Below are positions 56,501-64,000 of a stretch of DNA of 64,000 bases, one piece after another. The notes under the pieces are model-generated. The model was not told the DNA's origin. It ran no database searches and saw nothing but the letters and a program-made list of their open reading frames with translations. Each line of letters opens with the position of its first letter. The first letter of the stretch is position 1. The DNA is from Andalucia godoyi And28 (taxonomy: Eukaryota; Protista; Jakobida): the NCBI GenBank assembly GCA_009859145.1, contig VRVR01000006.1, positions 183,455 to 247,454 on the forward strand, given 5' to 3'. Both the position numbers and the translations under genes were made by a program.

Positions 56501-59153
56501 GCTGATTCGAGATCAAATCATCGAAAATGTTGAAAGACGCTAAGGAAACAGACCCTTGCGAATCACCAGAAGCAAGAATATCAAGGTTAGCCATCAAGTC
56601 TGATGATTGAAGAGAGTGCGAAAGCGACGTTCCTTGGATCCGCAATTGCACAGATTTCAGTGCACACGAAATGCGTGAAACAGCAGCATCTTGCACCTTC
56701 GGGACAGTGTTTGCCACCTGGCGATCAATCAACACCGGCGTTTGAACCGATTCTATAAGCCTGTTCCATTCCTGGCAAGAACTTGCGTTGGGGAAACAGA
56801 ATCGGACAGCCTCGGAGCCGAATCCCAAAGTCAGAGAATCGACTTGAACAGAACGATTACATCCATTCACATACAACAACAAATCCGGTTCAGACGTTCG
56901 AGAACGACTAACAATCACCTTGCCTGCAACCAACTTGCAAAATGCATTCTTACCGTCAACAACAAGATCAGCTTCGGCAAGGCAGTGTCCCGGATAGTAA
57001 TGACCCGTTGGAGATTCGACGAAAGACATCAACGACTTGCACGCAAACGACAAAGCAGTGACATGAGGAAGCGTGACAGATACGGCAATTGAAGGACACG
57101 AAACGTGAACAAAGGAACGCATCATGCCATGATGGATGCCAGCCTTTAGTAAGGATTTCAAGGACAGATGAACCTCGACAGGGTCAGTAATTCGACAGTC
57201 GTCAACTGCAAGGAATAAGTTCGACGCTCGGATAGTGTAGACTGTGTACTTCGGGTCGGCATCGTCCGAAGAAAGCACCATGATACTGCCGAAATCCATA
57301 ACTACCGCCTTGGCAGCGCAGATTGAGGAATCAACAGGAATGATGACAGTCGGAGCCTCTATGTTCAACGACATGTCCATTTTTTCCGAATACTCAAAAC
57401 TCTCTAGGACAGAATCGTAGGCACTAGACAACTCCATTTGCAGGTATGCCATAGACGAATCACTAGACGACAGGAAAAAGGCACAAAGCCGTTGAAAAGA
57501 CCGCCGGTGGAAGTACGTTTTCAATTTCCCGCAAGACACCTCCAACTTAGGAACAGCACCCACTGCAGCAGAACCGTACTTATATGAGCACGTGACAGCG
57601 GTCGAAGAAGAAGACTCATCAAAGGTTAGCAGGGTTTGCTGATTCGACAATGAAAAATCTTCAAGAGTGAACCTACAATACTCTGGGGTGACCTGCACAA
57701 AAGCAGACTTGAGAACAACCGCAAAGCAATCCTCTCTGGTATCTTCCGACGACAGTTTGACGACTACATCTCCAATAGTAACATGAATCTCAATGCGTCG
57801 AGGCCGTATTCGAGTGCAGTCGGCTTCGGTAAAGCTGAGGTCCGCATAAAGCTCGCGGCGAGCCACATCGTCTAAAACAGGCAATGGTTCCTGAACAGTA
57901 GAAGAGGAAGAAGACCGGCCCCACAAATTGGACATCCAGGAACTAGATTTCTTCTTCTCTGCTTGATAAGCAGAAAATAATTCATCATGCTTGCGAATCT
58001 CCGCATCCACCAGTGAGCGAAGGAAGGCAAGGAACTCCATTGGGAGAAGCCGCTCCAGGTGCTCCAGTTCCTTGGCCTCCTGAGGAGAGAGATTCTTATG
58101 ATACTGGCGAACATGGTTTCTCTTGTAGATTTCAAGATAACGTCGACGAGCAATGCAAGACGTTCGGAAGTCATCCCAAGAGACACGATGATGTTTAAGT
58201 CGGCACTTGTCTCGAACAGCCAAGAATGCATACTTCCACCAAGCCCGCGTGTTTTTCAGAACTGAGACAGTGGGTCTGAGTTTCCAATTAAGGAATAATT
58301 TTCTTCGGAATGCAAGAAAATCAAGGATACTCAAGATTGACTGGTATTGAGCAGAGGAGAGGCTGAAGGACCATCCATCAAACGAAGGATACACTGTAAA
58401 ATCCCCGGTTTTTCGATCCAAGATGATCTTCACAGAGCCATTGACAGGATGCAGCACAAGAGACGACGTTGATGATGATGAAGAATCGGAAATTTCGTGT
58501 ATCGAATCAGACATGGATGCCAGATTGTCAGTAGATCGATCATAAGACAGGGCATCGCAGTAGAGTGCAAACGCTTCAAGGGAACCAACCTTCCGAACTC
58601 GGTCGCCACGGAAAAACACAAAAGCAGGACTGAAATTCTCGTCCGCTGATTCCAGCGACAGGGACTTGAAACACATTCCTACCACGACAGATCCTTGTCG
58701 CAGTCGAATGTGCATGTTGCGGATCTTCAAACGGACATTTGAAATCACAGTTTCGGTCAGTTTCGAAGTGAATGAGGCATCTTCTGGGTTTTCAGAGGAC
58801 TCCAGAGCAGCAAGTTGCGCTTTCTTCAATTCATATTCATCGTTCTCAAGCTGCTGCTTGTCCAGGTTGGCAAAGTCATACGGCTCCAAGAACAAATTTA
58901 CGTCACCCACTTCAATTTCGGTGGACTGTGATTGCAGATTCTTCCAAGGTATCGACATGTTCACACTCGATATCGTGCCAAGCGTAACTTTGTATGGAAA
59001 TCCTTGAGAAGAAAACACATTTTCTCGCACCTTCACATTCTGCATGGAAACAGACCCACGTAAAAGAGAGATCCGAAGGTTTTCTTCATTGATATCTTTG
59101 ATGTAGTTGCCCAAATATTTGGACAGCACCGACGACGCAAGTTTCTCCAGCAT
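50517..59153 (-). CDS. VPS13: VPS13 bridge-like lipid transfer protein (2878 aa), no intron required
   Basis: Chorein-N start MLEKLASSVLSKYLGNYI...L.ISLLRG, VAB/SHR-BD region, FEFKVGGFQIDNQL, DMLGNPVFLVKNLGTGV.DFF.EP, ATG2-C (GFFKGVGKGIAG..AKP), and a C-terminal PH-like domain. Confidence 0.96.
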   Translation of the reverse strand: MLEKLASSVLSKYLGNYIKDINEENLRISLLRGSVSMQNVKVRENVFSSQGFPYKVTLGTISSVNMSIPWKNLQSQSTEIEVGDVNLFLEPYDFANLDKQQLENDEYELKKAQLAALESSENPEDASFTSKLTETVISNVRLKIRNMHIRLRQGSVVVGMCFKSLSLESADENFSPAFVFFRGDRVRKVGSLEAFALYCDALSYDRSTDNLASMSDSIHEISDSSSSSTSSLVLHPVNGSVKIILDRKTGDFTVYPSFDGWSFSLSSAQYQSILSILDFLAFRRKLFLNWKLRPTVSVLKNTRAWWKYAFLAVRDKCRLKHHRVSWDDFRTSCIARRRYLEIYKRNHVRQYHKNLSPQEAKELEHLERLLPMEFLAFLRSLVDAEIRKHDELFSAYQAEKKKSSSWMSNLWGRSSSSSTVQEPLPVLDDVARRELYADLSFTEADCTRIRPRRIEIHVTIGDVVVKLSSEDTREDCFAVVLKSAFVQVTPEYCRFTLEDFSLSNQQTLLTFDESSSSTAVTCSYKYGSAAVGAVPKLEVSCGKLKTYFHRRSFQRLCAFFLSSSDSSMAYLQMELSSAYDSVLESFEYSEKMDMSLNIEAPTVIIPVDSSICAAKAVVMDFGSIMVLSSDDADPKYTVYTIRASNLFLAVDDCRITDPVEVHLSLKSLLKAGIHHGMMRSFVHVSCPSIAVSVTLPHVTALSFACKSLMSFVESPTGHYYPGHCLAEADLVVDGKNAFCKLVAGKVIVSRSRTSEPDLLLYVNGCNRSVQVDSLTLGFGSEAVRFCFPNASSCQEWNRLIESVQTPVLIDRQVANTVPKVQDAAVSRISCALKSVQLRIQGTSLSHSLQSSDLMANLDILASGDSQGSVSLASFNIFDDLISNQPLTGDSRRTVFSPSVRCGLESNNFLSIQFDPKETVVEMTAVRILVDSFSLPEYTRLQSHVQLSLSPFAAAKLRILAPAMPRESANSHLAKFRLNGCEIALCFKDRLFCTSQSRCMEVTSSQDGLRGTTEGLCVRYHSTLAVDLDSTVTDAMLFGPRVDDVEPSFRFTVCENKIGCHLEDFSVVYSQQFFQHLSEWFALSSAAVQDLSVNAPLPPRSNSVLNACVHIENCTVNCLYGIVAEVSDLDVNFQTGSEDAAVPSQSKLVIRGESHACSLIHNQNGVSHGIIRSIPLQFSLCMGGDGSISTAVSCSVAVEAFLSRTAVHALYWALVRNVSNSFARFMGTSADIPTVPAASVQLSVRLSSVAALFSEGVGGAETAGFVKFVSDRCDVDNFQSDARNRFQCRFVQPMLIDCSAGRPVVKPRGSSSFLDISLTDSKTNGSSSTVVESQSVDFFSFPGFWLKLQSVGNNVLTPLLSPIPALSPVLRRRLDVTLFDTLLRFPLREQVAHPSQSSDFCIAGDVLFNQNSSDSKETNVVTLKGLTVFLQDVLDAVSSPVNTYLMEKIDLCSSSSSDGSVHGGALLISHTVDCSALRSRLSINDLRLLHLMLGKLQRDIEVAQDEYGSKADALPPSVRPSVHTVSVTEGSAIDVLVEFVDDLRGFDSPLCKIFFRVSNGVLEWGNRLNTNISLSAFSIDCFSSSCMAFEPFVEDCQLTGSFCETSMKASSTSRILCVVSPSTICFLQRLRTVTDEVFSFDSRQQTMKYRSEFIPLVFVNRLAERASLSWFSQGVDLVYGVPFPISCDLLRRSTDSLLNRHTPSSYFDVRFTIHFATGDSISDLLLNFTGTRWMYTTRGAVFGCTTEVQATGSRVVTFHSDISIRNACSFMLRVFRVVDSGFAPVEDLLPDTDSYIAFTDGFCLAPVFSSDNFSLHAPQVYSRTSVATQFVHLKSLAVDKDVQGASVSYLISNSPKSGLSLYDDSILIPSLVAAAPFVVRNEMPVECVFLFSCFANGEVIALKMSIPSGESRKLDRLNPKQDLYMSVLPAGVYRGSSFLKCHCGLGTDGWNSVEAESSLKVMDRQGRALFLTVDSHLDRMQRVVTVFSEFLIVNNTGLKLDLMSLPLEGGDWQPFCGSVSADQEGSLIEGCPLVDVPLMFSSRSCRNGRVYLSLNQSYRSKSFVTFEVGQTSKITCQADSGDEFDITMDVKECPPPLSRCVLVTVRPCFVIKNSSERKIGIVQVLDSTRRQLISCDSQSAPRPCYLLSCTVPVVLLTVEQNGTVYSSPIRLDNASEGFLQICEGFCPRIVVDFSPLQSFLTIESSPAQPPYLLVNETDATISLSFPKLATSFSQSILPQSQKAFGWPTLNSEHHVAVVSWRGTQSAAFYFEDSSLPNRPFVTCSDGSLLFCTVKVADHSQTIVFSAKSSSAVSHNKPWDIVLQLPLLHFSIVDTVPREIILASFMNTESHVRLFDLQSSFEFKVGGFQIDNQLPECINPILLCPAASSSASSQSSKPPFLHVSTVVAADHSSAIVIPYFSVLMREFNLMADTNLISAIGQLVSPFMSKDTLELQRASWNRSYYGVHVLNSDQKFLKIGSLELNSLKFSLTFNSALSHAHEDSPGVFRAFYSLQRSLINCSDMPLRFNALSISNLFSPAGFFLNKIVSYYAAQARAQLVVAVGSVDMLGNPVFLVKNLGTGVVDFFVEPAQGIVRSPTAFLEGLGTGSASLLSKTIESSMNAAQKITGTVSKAVTAASFDKDYVRSMESTNRTKARHLGEGLEQGGKALAKGLFGGIVGLVTKPVEGAKKDGVAGFFKGVGKGIAGVAAKPVSGALTFVAKTTEGVKNTPKFLEGNEVQRILEPRYLISGRPVSPYVVADSLAHSVLTSCNSGKYNRPLHFCCLPSRGYGIAVTDRHLVLFRHPPPSIDACFPVGEVQSVTVVGHKVVAERSVTHESVEQMQLFRTKRIEIDCPSPAYASTLATDLRGAIHEVVAASRRV

Positions 59154-59573
59154 TTTTTTCCTTTGTATTGACTGTTCTGATTAATGTTGTGCAGCTACAT
59201 AAAAACCTCAGATCGACCCTTGAACATCTGACAGTTTCAGCTTGCCTGTTTTCCCTCGCATATTTTTTACTTTATTTTGTTCTATTTTTTAATATTGTTT
59301 TGTTGTTCTTTGTTTGGAGGAGTCTTTTCCTTCAAGTCCGGCCAGCCCGAGAGGACTCAAGCAAAACCACCAGGATCGCGAGCGACGACTCAAAGACATC
59401 ACTGGATAATTCCGCGGGAAACGAGAGGATTTCGAGGAGGAAGAAAAAAGCGTGGTCTTCGATTCGTGAGCACCGATTTCAGAGTTGCAATCGCCAGTCC
59501 CATCGTTGCGGTCGCCAATCGTGCAGAAAAAAGGTAGTCATCTTGTGTCTAATCAAGCATCCGTTATTCGGAA

Positions 59574-61203
59574 ATGCGGAGAAGGATTCCACAATCCATA
59601 TATGAACAGCGTGCGACTCCTCACGGAACACCAGCACATGTTGCTGCGCCTGCTTGTATGCGTCTTCTTTGTTTCCGTTTTTCGCAAAACAATTGCTCTC
59701 ACGTGTGTGTTTCGTCTGTTGTGTTTTTGTTTATTTGTTTGTTTGTTTTTTGTGGCTCAAGACTCCAGCGATCTTCTCGATGAAGGCGAAATCTTTGAGT
59801 CTCAACTGTTCGAAGTGGCGGAAGCGATTGAAAAACAGGTGGATCCACCGCGCCTCATGGCGTCGCAAATCCCTGCAGTATCATCCTCATTGCTTGGATC
59901 ACAGAGATTGCAGAATAATGCTGATGAATTAAAGAATGCATTGGATGGAATTTGGGCCGAACTCGAACAAAAAAAATACTCAGTAATGAAGCAAGAAGGA
60001 GAACTTGATGTGCTAAGAAAGCGAGTGCAAGGATTGGAAAAGGAAAGGTTTGAGCTCTTAAAACAATTGAAGAGCCAGCCCACACAACAAGGCGCTTTGT
60101 CGTCGTCGTCGTCGTCGTCCACCGCAACTGTTCATGAAATCAAGCAACTGAAACAATCTGTCGACTCGTTGAAACGGGATCTTGTTTACAGGGAACGTGA
60201 TTTAGAGGAGACAAGACAGCATTATGAGACGGCTTCCAAAAAGGCGAAATCAGTTTCCTCTGTTGGTACCGAAACAAAAGATATAACAGAGGATTCGCAA
60301 GTGCATCTTACCGGTGCAACATCAACGGAAATTCGTGGAGAGGCTGCATTTTCCGTCTGGTCTGATCCTTCGTTAATGTTTGAACGGAAGAGAATGCTGC
60401 AGAGATTGGTGAATGGACTTCCAAATATTCCCTCCTTGGCTGCTATCCTTTGTTCTGATCAGTTGTTTTCCGTCCGGCGATTGTCAATGTGTATCGCGGT
60501 GCTGTTCACTTCCACAGATAGGAAATCGGTTCTGGCATGGTGTGCAGCGGCTTCCGAGTGTTTCTCCAGCTTCTGGGATCCATGTGTTGTGTCTCTTGTT
60601 TTCCACGCTCTCTTTGAGTCTTCTTCGTCAGATCTCGAGTCTGTTAGGGTGCTGTGTTCATGCCTGACTGCATCTGCTCAGTTTGATACTTCTGCAGAAG
60701 ACTTCAAAGAGTACAGTGCGCAGATTTGCAAAAGGTTGCCGACTGACAGACTTGAGTTTAGCACGGCCTTGATATTGTCGAATTGCCACCCACAAATTGT
60801 GCCACTGAATCTTTTGCTCTGCTGCGTCAAGTCGTTGAAGGATGAATTCTGCTCCAGCCTCTCAAATCTGAACTTGGTTCTGCGAATCCTTGTCGCTCAA
60901 TCGATGGACATGTATCAGAATGTTGTTTCGCGCAGTGATCGTCTCTTGTGCTGCTTATCATACAGACTGCGAGATCTTTGTGATGTTCGCACCTCGCAAG
61001 GAACCTGTGATGCTTCTTGGGACACTTCAGTAAGTTTGCTGGTCATGCTGATCAGAAGGACTTGCGTATGTGGCCTTCCGTCGGAACTTCCTCCTCTTAA
61101 GTTCGATCTCGCAAGCATTCTGTTGAGATTGCTCAAATGGGATTGCAATTGTGCTGATCAACTTGCCCCTATTGTGCATCAGTCCGATGTGCCATCTGCA
61201 TAG
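59574..61203 (+). CDS. Coiled-coil plus helical-repeat protein, unknown; probable exons 59574-59655 and 59762-61203
   Basis: Coiled coil (LQNNADELKNALDGIWAELEQKK...LDVLRKRVQGLEKE). A GTATGC...AAG intron at 59656-59761 removes a U-rich stretch and gives an in-frame 508-codon CDS. The start is inferred. Confidence 0.7.
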
Positions 61204-63300
61204 CGTAAGATTGAGTAAACGAAGAGTTCAATGCCGCTGCAGAAAGAGTAACCTTGAACCATCCGCGGAAGTCTTTCTGATGGGCCTGGAAGTCGAACTC
61301 GAGTACACGATGTTGAAAACATAGTGCGTTTCTAGAGAGACGTTGGGTGGGATAGCTGAGTCATGTTGGACACATCACTGCGAGACGACTCAGGATCCGG
61401 AGGACGTGCCAGCCGGAATGCAGATCCGGTCAGAATCTAGAATTCACTGCTAATAGTAAAAAATGGCAAGCGGATTTCAGTCGACTGTTAAGCCGCTGAT
61501 TCATTGCTAACACAGACAGCCACGCCTGACGGAAGTCGTCATTAGGAATCATCAATGCCTTCACATTAAATCGATAAACGAAAAGAACCAACCGAATATC
61601 AAGACGAAGGTAATAAAGCGTAATCAGACAGCGCGAAAGAACAATTGACTGAACTCCTGGTGAATGAAAAGGGCAGACGAAACAAAATCGAAAGTCCACA
61701 GCAGCTGGGAAACGAAACGAAAAAAGGAATCAAAATGCAAACAAGCAACAGCATTTTCAGACATGTCGACAAGCGTTCCGAAACATGCGTCGGCAATTTG
61801 TGGAATACCGGAAGTGCATCCTCGGCAACTCCAGTCACAGCTCACTGGATCTCACAGTTCTTCTGTTTCAAAAAAGGGTCCAACATGTGTTGCCAGCGCT
61901 GGAAATTCCAGCTTTAAATACGTAGTAAGGGCTTGCAAAAATGTGGAAAAGACTCAGGACAGAAATACGCATATGTCAACGTCAGTCATGATTTACGGAC
62001 ATTACACGCAAGGATGATGTCATTGTTATGAAACGAGCTTGTTACTCGCGCACAGAACACATTTTGCAAAAAACAAAAAACGGAATGCAACATCGCAGAA
62101 TGCTGGCATTTTTGACACATGGATTGCTGAAAACCTTCTTTGACGTATCTCATCTTGTTGGAAACGTCAATTTAGCAGTCCAAAGTAAGGTGGTTGCCCT
62201 TTTGTTGGAGTTTGTAGTTTCTCCAAATTTACACGGCGGATCTTTATGAACGCATGATGGGCTTTAGTTTCAACAAGCATCCTCTGGATTCGCAGAACTT
62301 GCGAACCTCACGCACTTCAAATGCGGAACCACTTCTTTTGCTAACGATTCTGCAGATGGAACCCAGCGTCTTACAAACTGTCTGAGATTGTCGACGGGGT
62401 GATCTCCGCATCTTCAAAATAGAACGGATGACCTCAGGTCTCTCGGAGTACCTGATGGTTGACAAAAGTTTTTTCGGAGATTTCATCTTGTTGAACTTTT
62501 CATCGAATGGGAGACTCCCATATCCGCTGTGTTCATGGGATTCTCTTCTGCGTTCTGCACAGCCTTCTTGATGTCAGCAGTCTCCGACAACGCTGACCCT
62601 CTCAATTTTACAGATGCTTCCATGAAATAGTAATTACCCGGTCAATCGGAATTGTTGGAACTCTTCTGCAGTCGTCCTTCGGTTTCCCACGCCTCTTTGC
62701 ATCGCTGTTCACCGCTCGCGTGGTTCAATACTGTTGTCAACGGATGATTCTTTGTCGGTTTCTTCCCCGTTGGCTGGCACGGGTATTCTCGATTTCAAAT
62801 GATTTGGAAGAATTTTCGAACGGTCAATATTGTGGAAGTGTCCTTGATCGTTTTGCGCTACGCATGTTTTGCTGTCCGCAACCCGTGAATCCCTCCTTCT
62901 TTGTTAAGTTGTTCATCTTTCGCAGGTGTGATGATTCATCGCTAGATCGTGGCTTCTGGATTTTTTGTTTGTCGCTTCTTGCTTTTGCTTACGTGTTGAC
63001 CATTCTTGCCTCTTTCCGGTTCCGTTTTGTTTACATCGCGTTTGCTTGTTCTCGTTCAATCAACATCATGATGCTGGTCGATTGCCCGAGCTCTTGCCTC
63101 ACTGTGGTTGTGATCTATTTGCTGTTCAAGTGCTTGGCTTCCCGCCGCATTCATGACCGAAGTGCTTGTTTTACGCTCTGACTTTTGAGTGCTCACCACT
63201 TCCTTATATACACGATGCTTCAGCTGCATAGTGCGCTTGCGGTAAGTTTCACTGAGAGAACATGAAGCATCCACAATCGCTGCGGTCGTACGTGATGTAA
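61204..63300 (-). pseudogene. Decayed coding-like sequence of unknown identity (one or two pseudogenes)
   Basis: 2.1 kb with no long ORF in an otherwise tightly packed genome. Minus-strand frames read as protein-like runs broken by scattered TGA/TAA, e.g. IPQIADACFGTLVDMSENAV...FFRAV* and KMKSPKKLLSTIRYSERPEVIRSILK. Confidence 0.45.
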
Positions 63301-63433
63301 TTCAGTTTATTGGAGGTATGACGCCCAATTGCGGCTATGCGGCTAACAAAAAGGGACAAAGGTAGAACATGAGGTCAGTGCGAGACTTAACCCAGAGCAA
63401 GAACAAACAGGACTCATGACTCATAAACGCAGC

Positions 63434-64000
63434 TTACAGGCGGGAACGAGTCTTGGCGGCCTCATTTTCAATCACCATCGCAACCCCCATTCCAAACCCT
63501 ATGCACAAAGTGACGAGACCCCAGCGCTTTCCAGTTCTTTCCAGCTCATTGATGCATCGTGTGCACAACACGGCACCTGAAGCGCCTAATGGATGACCAA
63601 GAGCAATTGCTCCTCCATTGGGATTCAGTTTTTCAGAAGGAAACTTGAAATGCTTGGACCAAGCCAACACAACAGAAGCAAAAGCTTCATTTGCCTCCAC
63701 AACATCCACATCGTGGATGGAAATGCCAGCGCGTTGCAGAGCCTGTTCCGTTGCAGGGATGACGCCAGTCAACATCAATTCCGGATCGGATCCTACGGTG
63801 ACTCTAGAGGCCAAGCGAAAACGCCGGGGAAGTCCCAGGGCGTCCACAAGGTCATCGGACATGAGGAGCACTGCTGACGCCCCGTCAGAAATTTGAGAAG
63901 CATTACCTGCTGTCACAACTCCATCTTTCTTGAAGACAGTCTTCAGCTTTGCAAGGTCCTGGATTGTCGATGGATAGCGTACTCCCTCATCGCGGTCTAC
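63434..64000 (-). CDS. Thiolase (acetyl-CoA acyltransferase), 3' part; the gene continues beyond the window
   Basis: DEGVR, VTAGNASQISDGA, NEAF, NPNGGAIALGHPLGASG, and CIGFGMG. Confidence 0.96.
   Translation of the reverse strand, partial: VDRDEGVRYPSTIQDLAKLKTVFKKDGVVTAGNASQISDGASAVLLMSDDLVDALGLPRRFRLASRVTVGSDPELMLTGVIPATEQALQRAGISIHDVDVVEANEAFASVVLAWSKHFKFPSEKLNPNGGAIALGHPLGASGAVLCTRCINELERTGKRWGLVTLCIGFGMGVAMVIENEAAKTRSRL

Noticed and set aside
62244-62486. IVSKRSGSAFEVREVRKFCESRG resembles a retroviral integrase core (IVSDNG..F.S.EF..FC...GI)
   Set aside because: The catalytic Asp is absent, and I found no upstream D motif, downstream PQSNG..ER, RT or LTR. Too weak to call.
61204-63300. 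Stop-codon reassignment (TGA read-through) as an explanation for the broken frames
   Set aside because: Intact genes here end in TGA (Pth, ankyrin protein, Rpn2) and multi-kb ORFs contain no in-frame TGA, so the standard code applies.

Overview
Gene-dense, intron-poor eukaryotic DNA. Tectonic, an IQ protein and a Dad4-like gene point to a flagellated protist; a jakobid-like organism is a guess only. About 23 host genes are recognisable: nucleoside hydrolase, CCDC137-like, mitochondrial Pth, a 3.3-kaa ankyrin protein, Rpn2/PSMD1, tectonic, Dad4-like, SART3, condensin CAP-H, TCAIM-like, DDX11, RMC1/Mic1, a CYTH/TTM enzyme, PH-LRR, mitochondrial LeuRS, a Rab-like GTPase, CSN2, MSH6, an IQ protein, VPS13, two coiled-coil proteins and a partial thiolase. 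The most notable features are not visible as clean ORFs and were read across frameshifts and stops. (1) A decayed Fanzor (eukaryotic TnpB-family RNA-guided nuclease) at 1-1014 (+), followed by a hairpin-rich stretch that may be its omega-RNA. (2) A second, divergent, decayed IS607-type element at about 24480-25182 (-), carrying a serine-recombinase TnpA pseudogene and the 5' part of another Fanzor. A 2.2-kb stretch near the right end (61.2-63.4 kb) looks like decayed coding sequence of unknown identity. No rRNA, tRNA or CRISPR array was seen. All family calls are by-eye motif recognition, not database searches.
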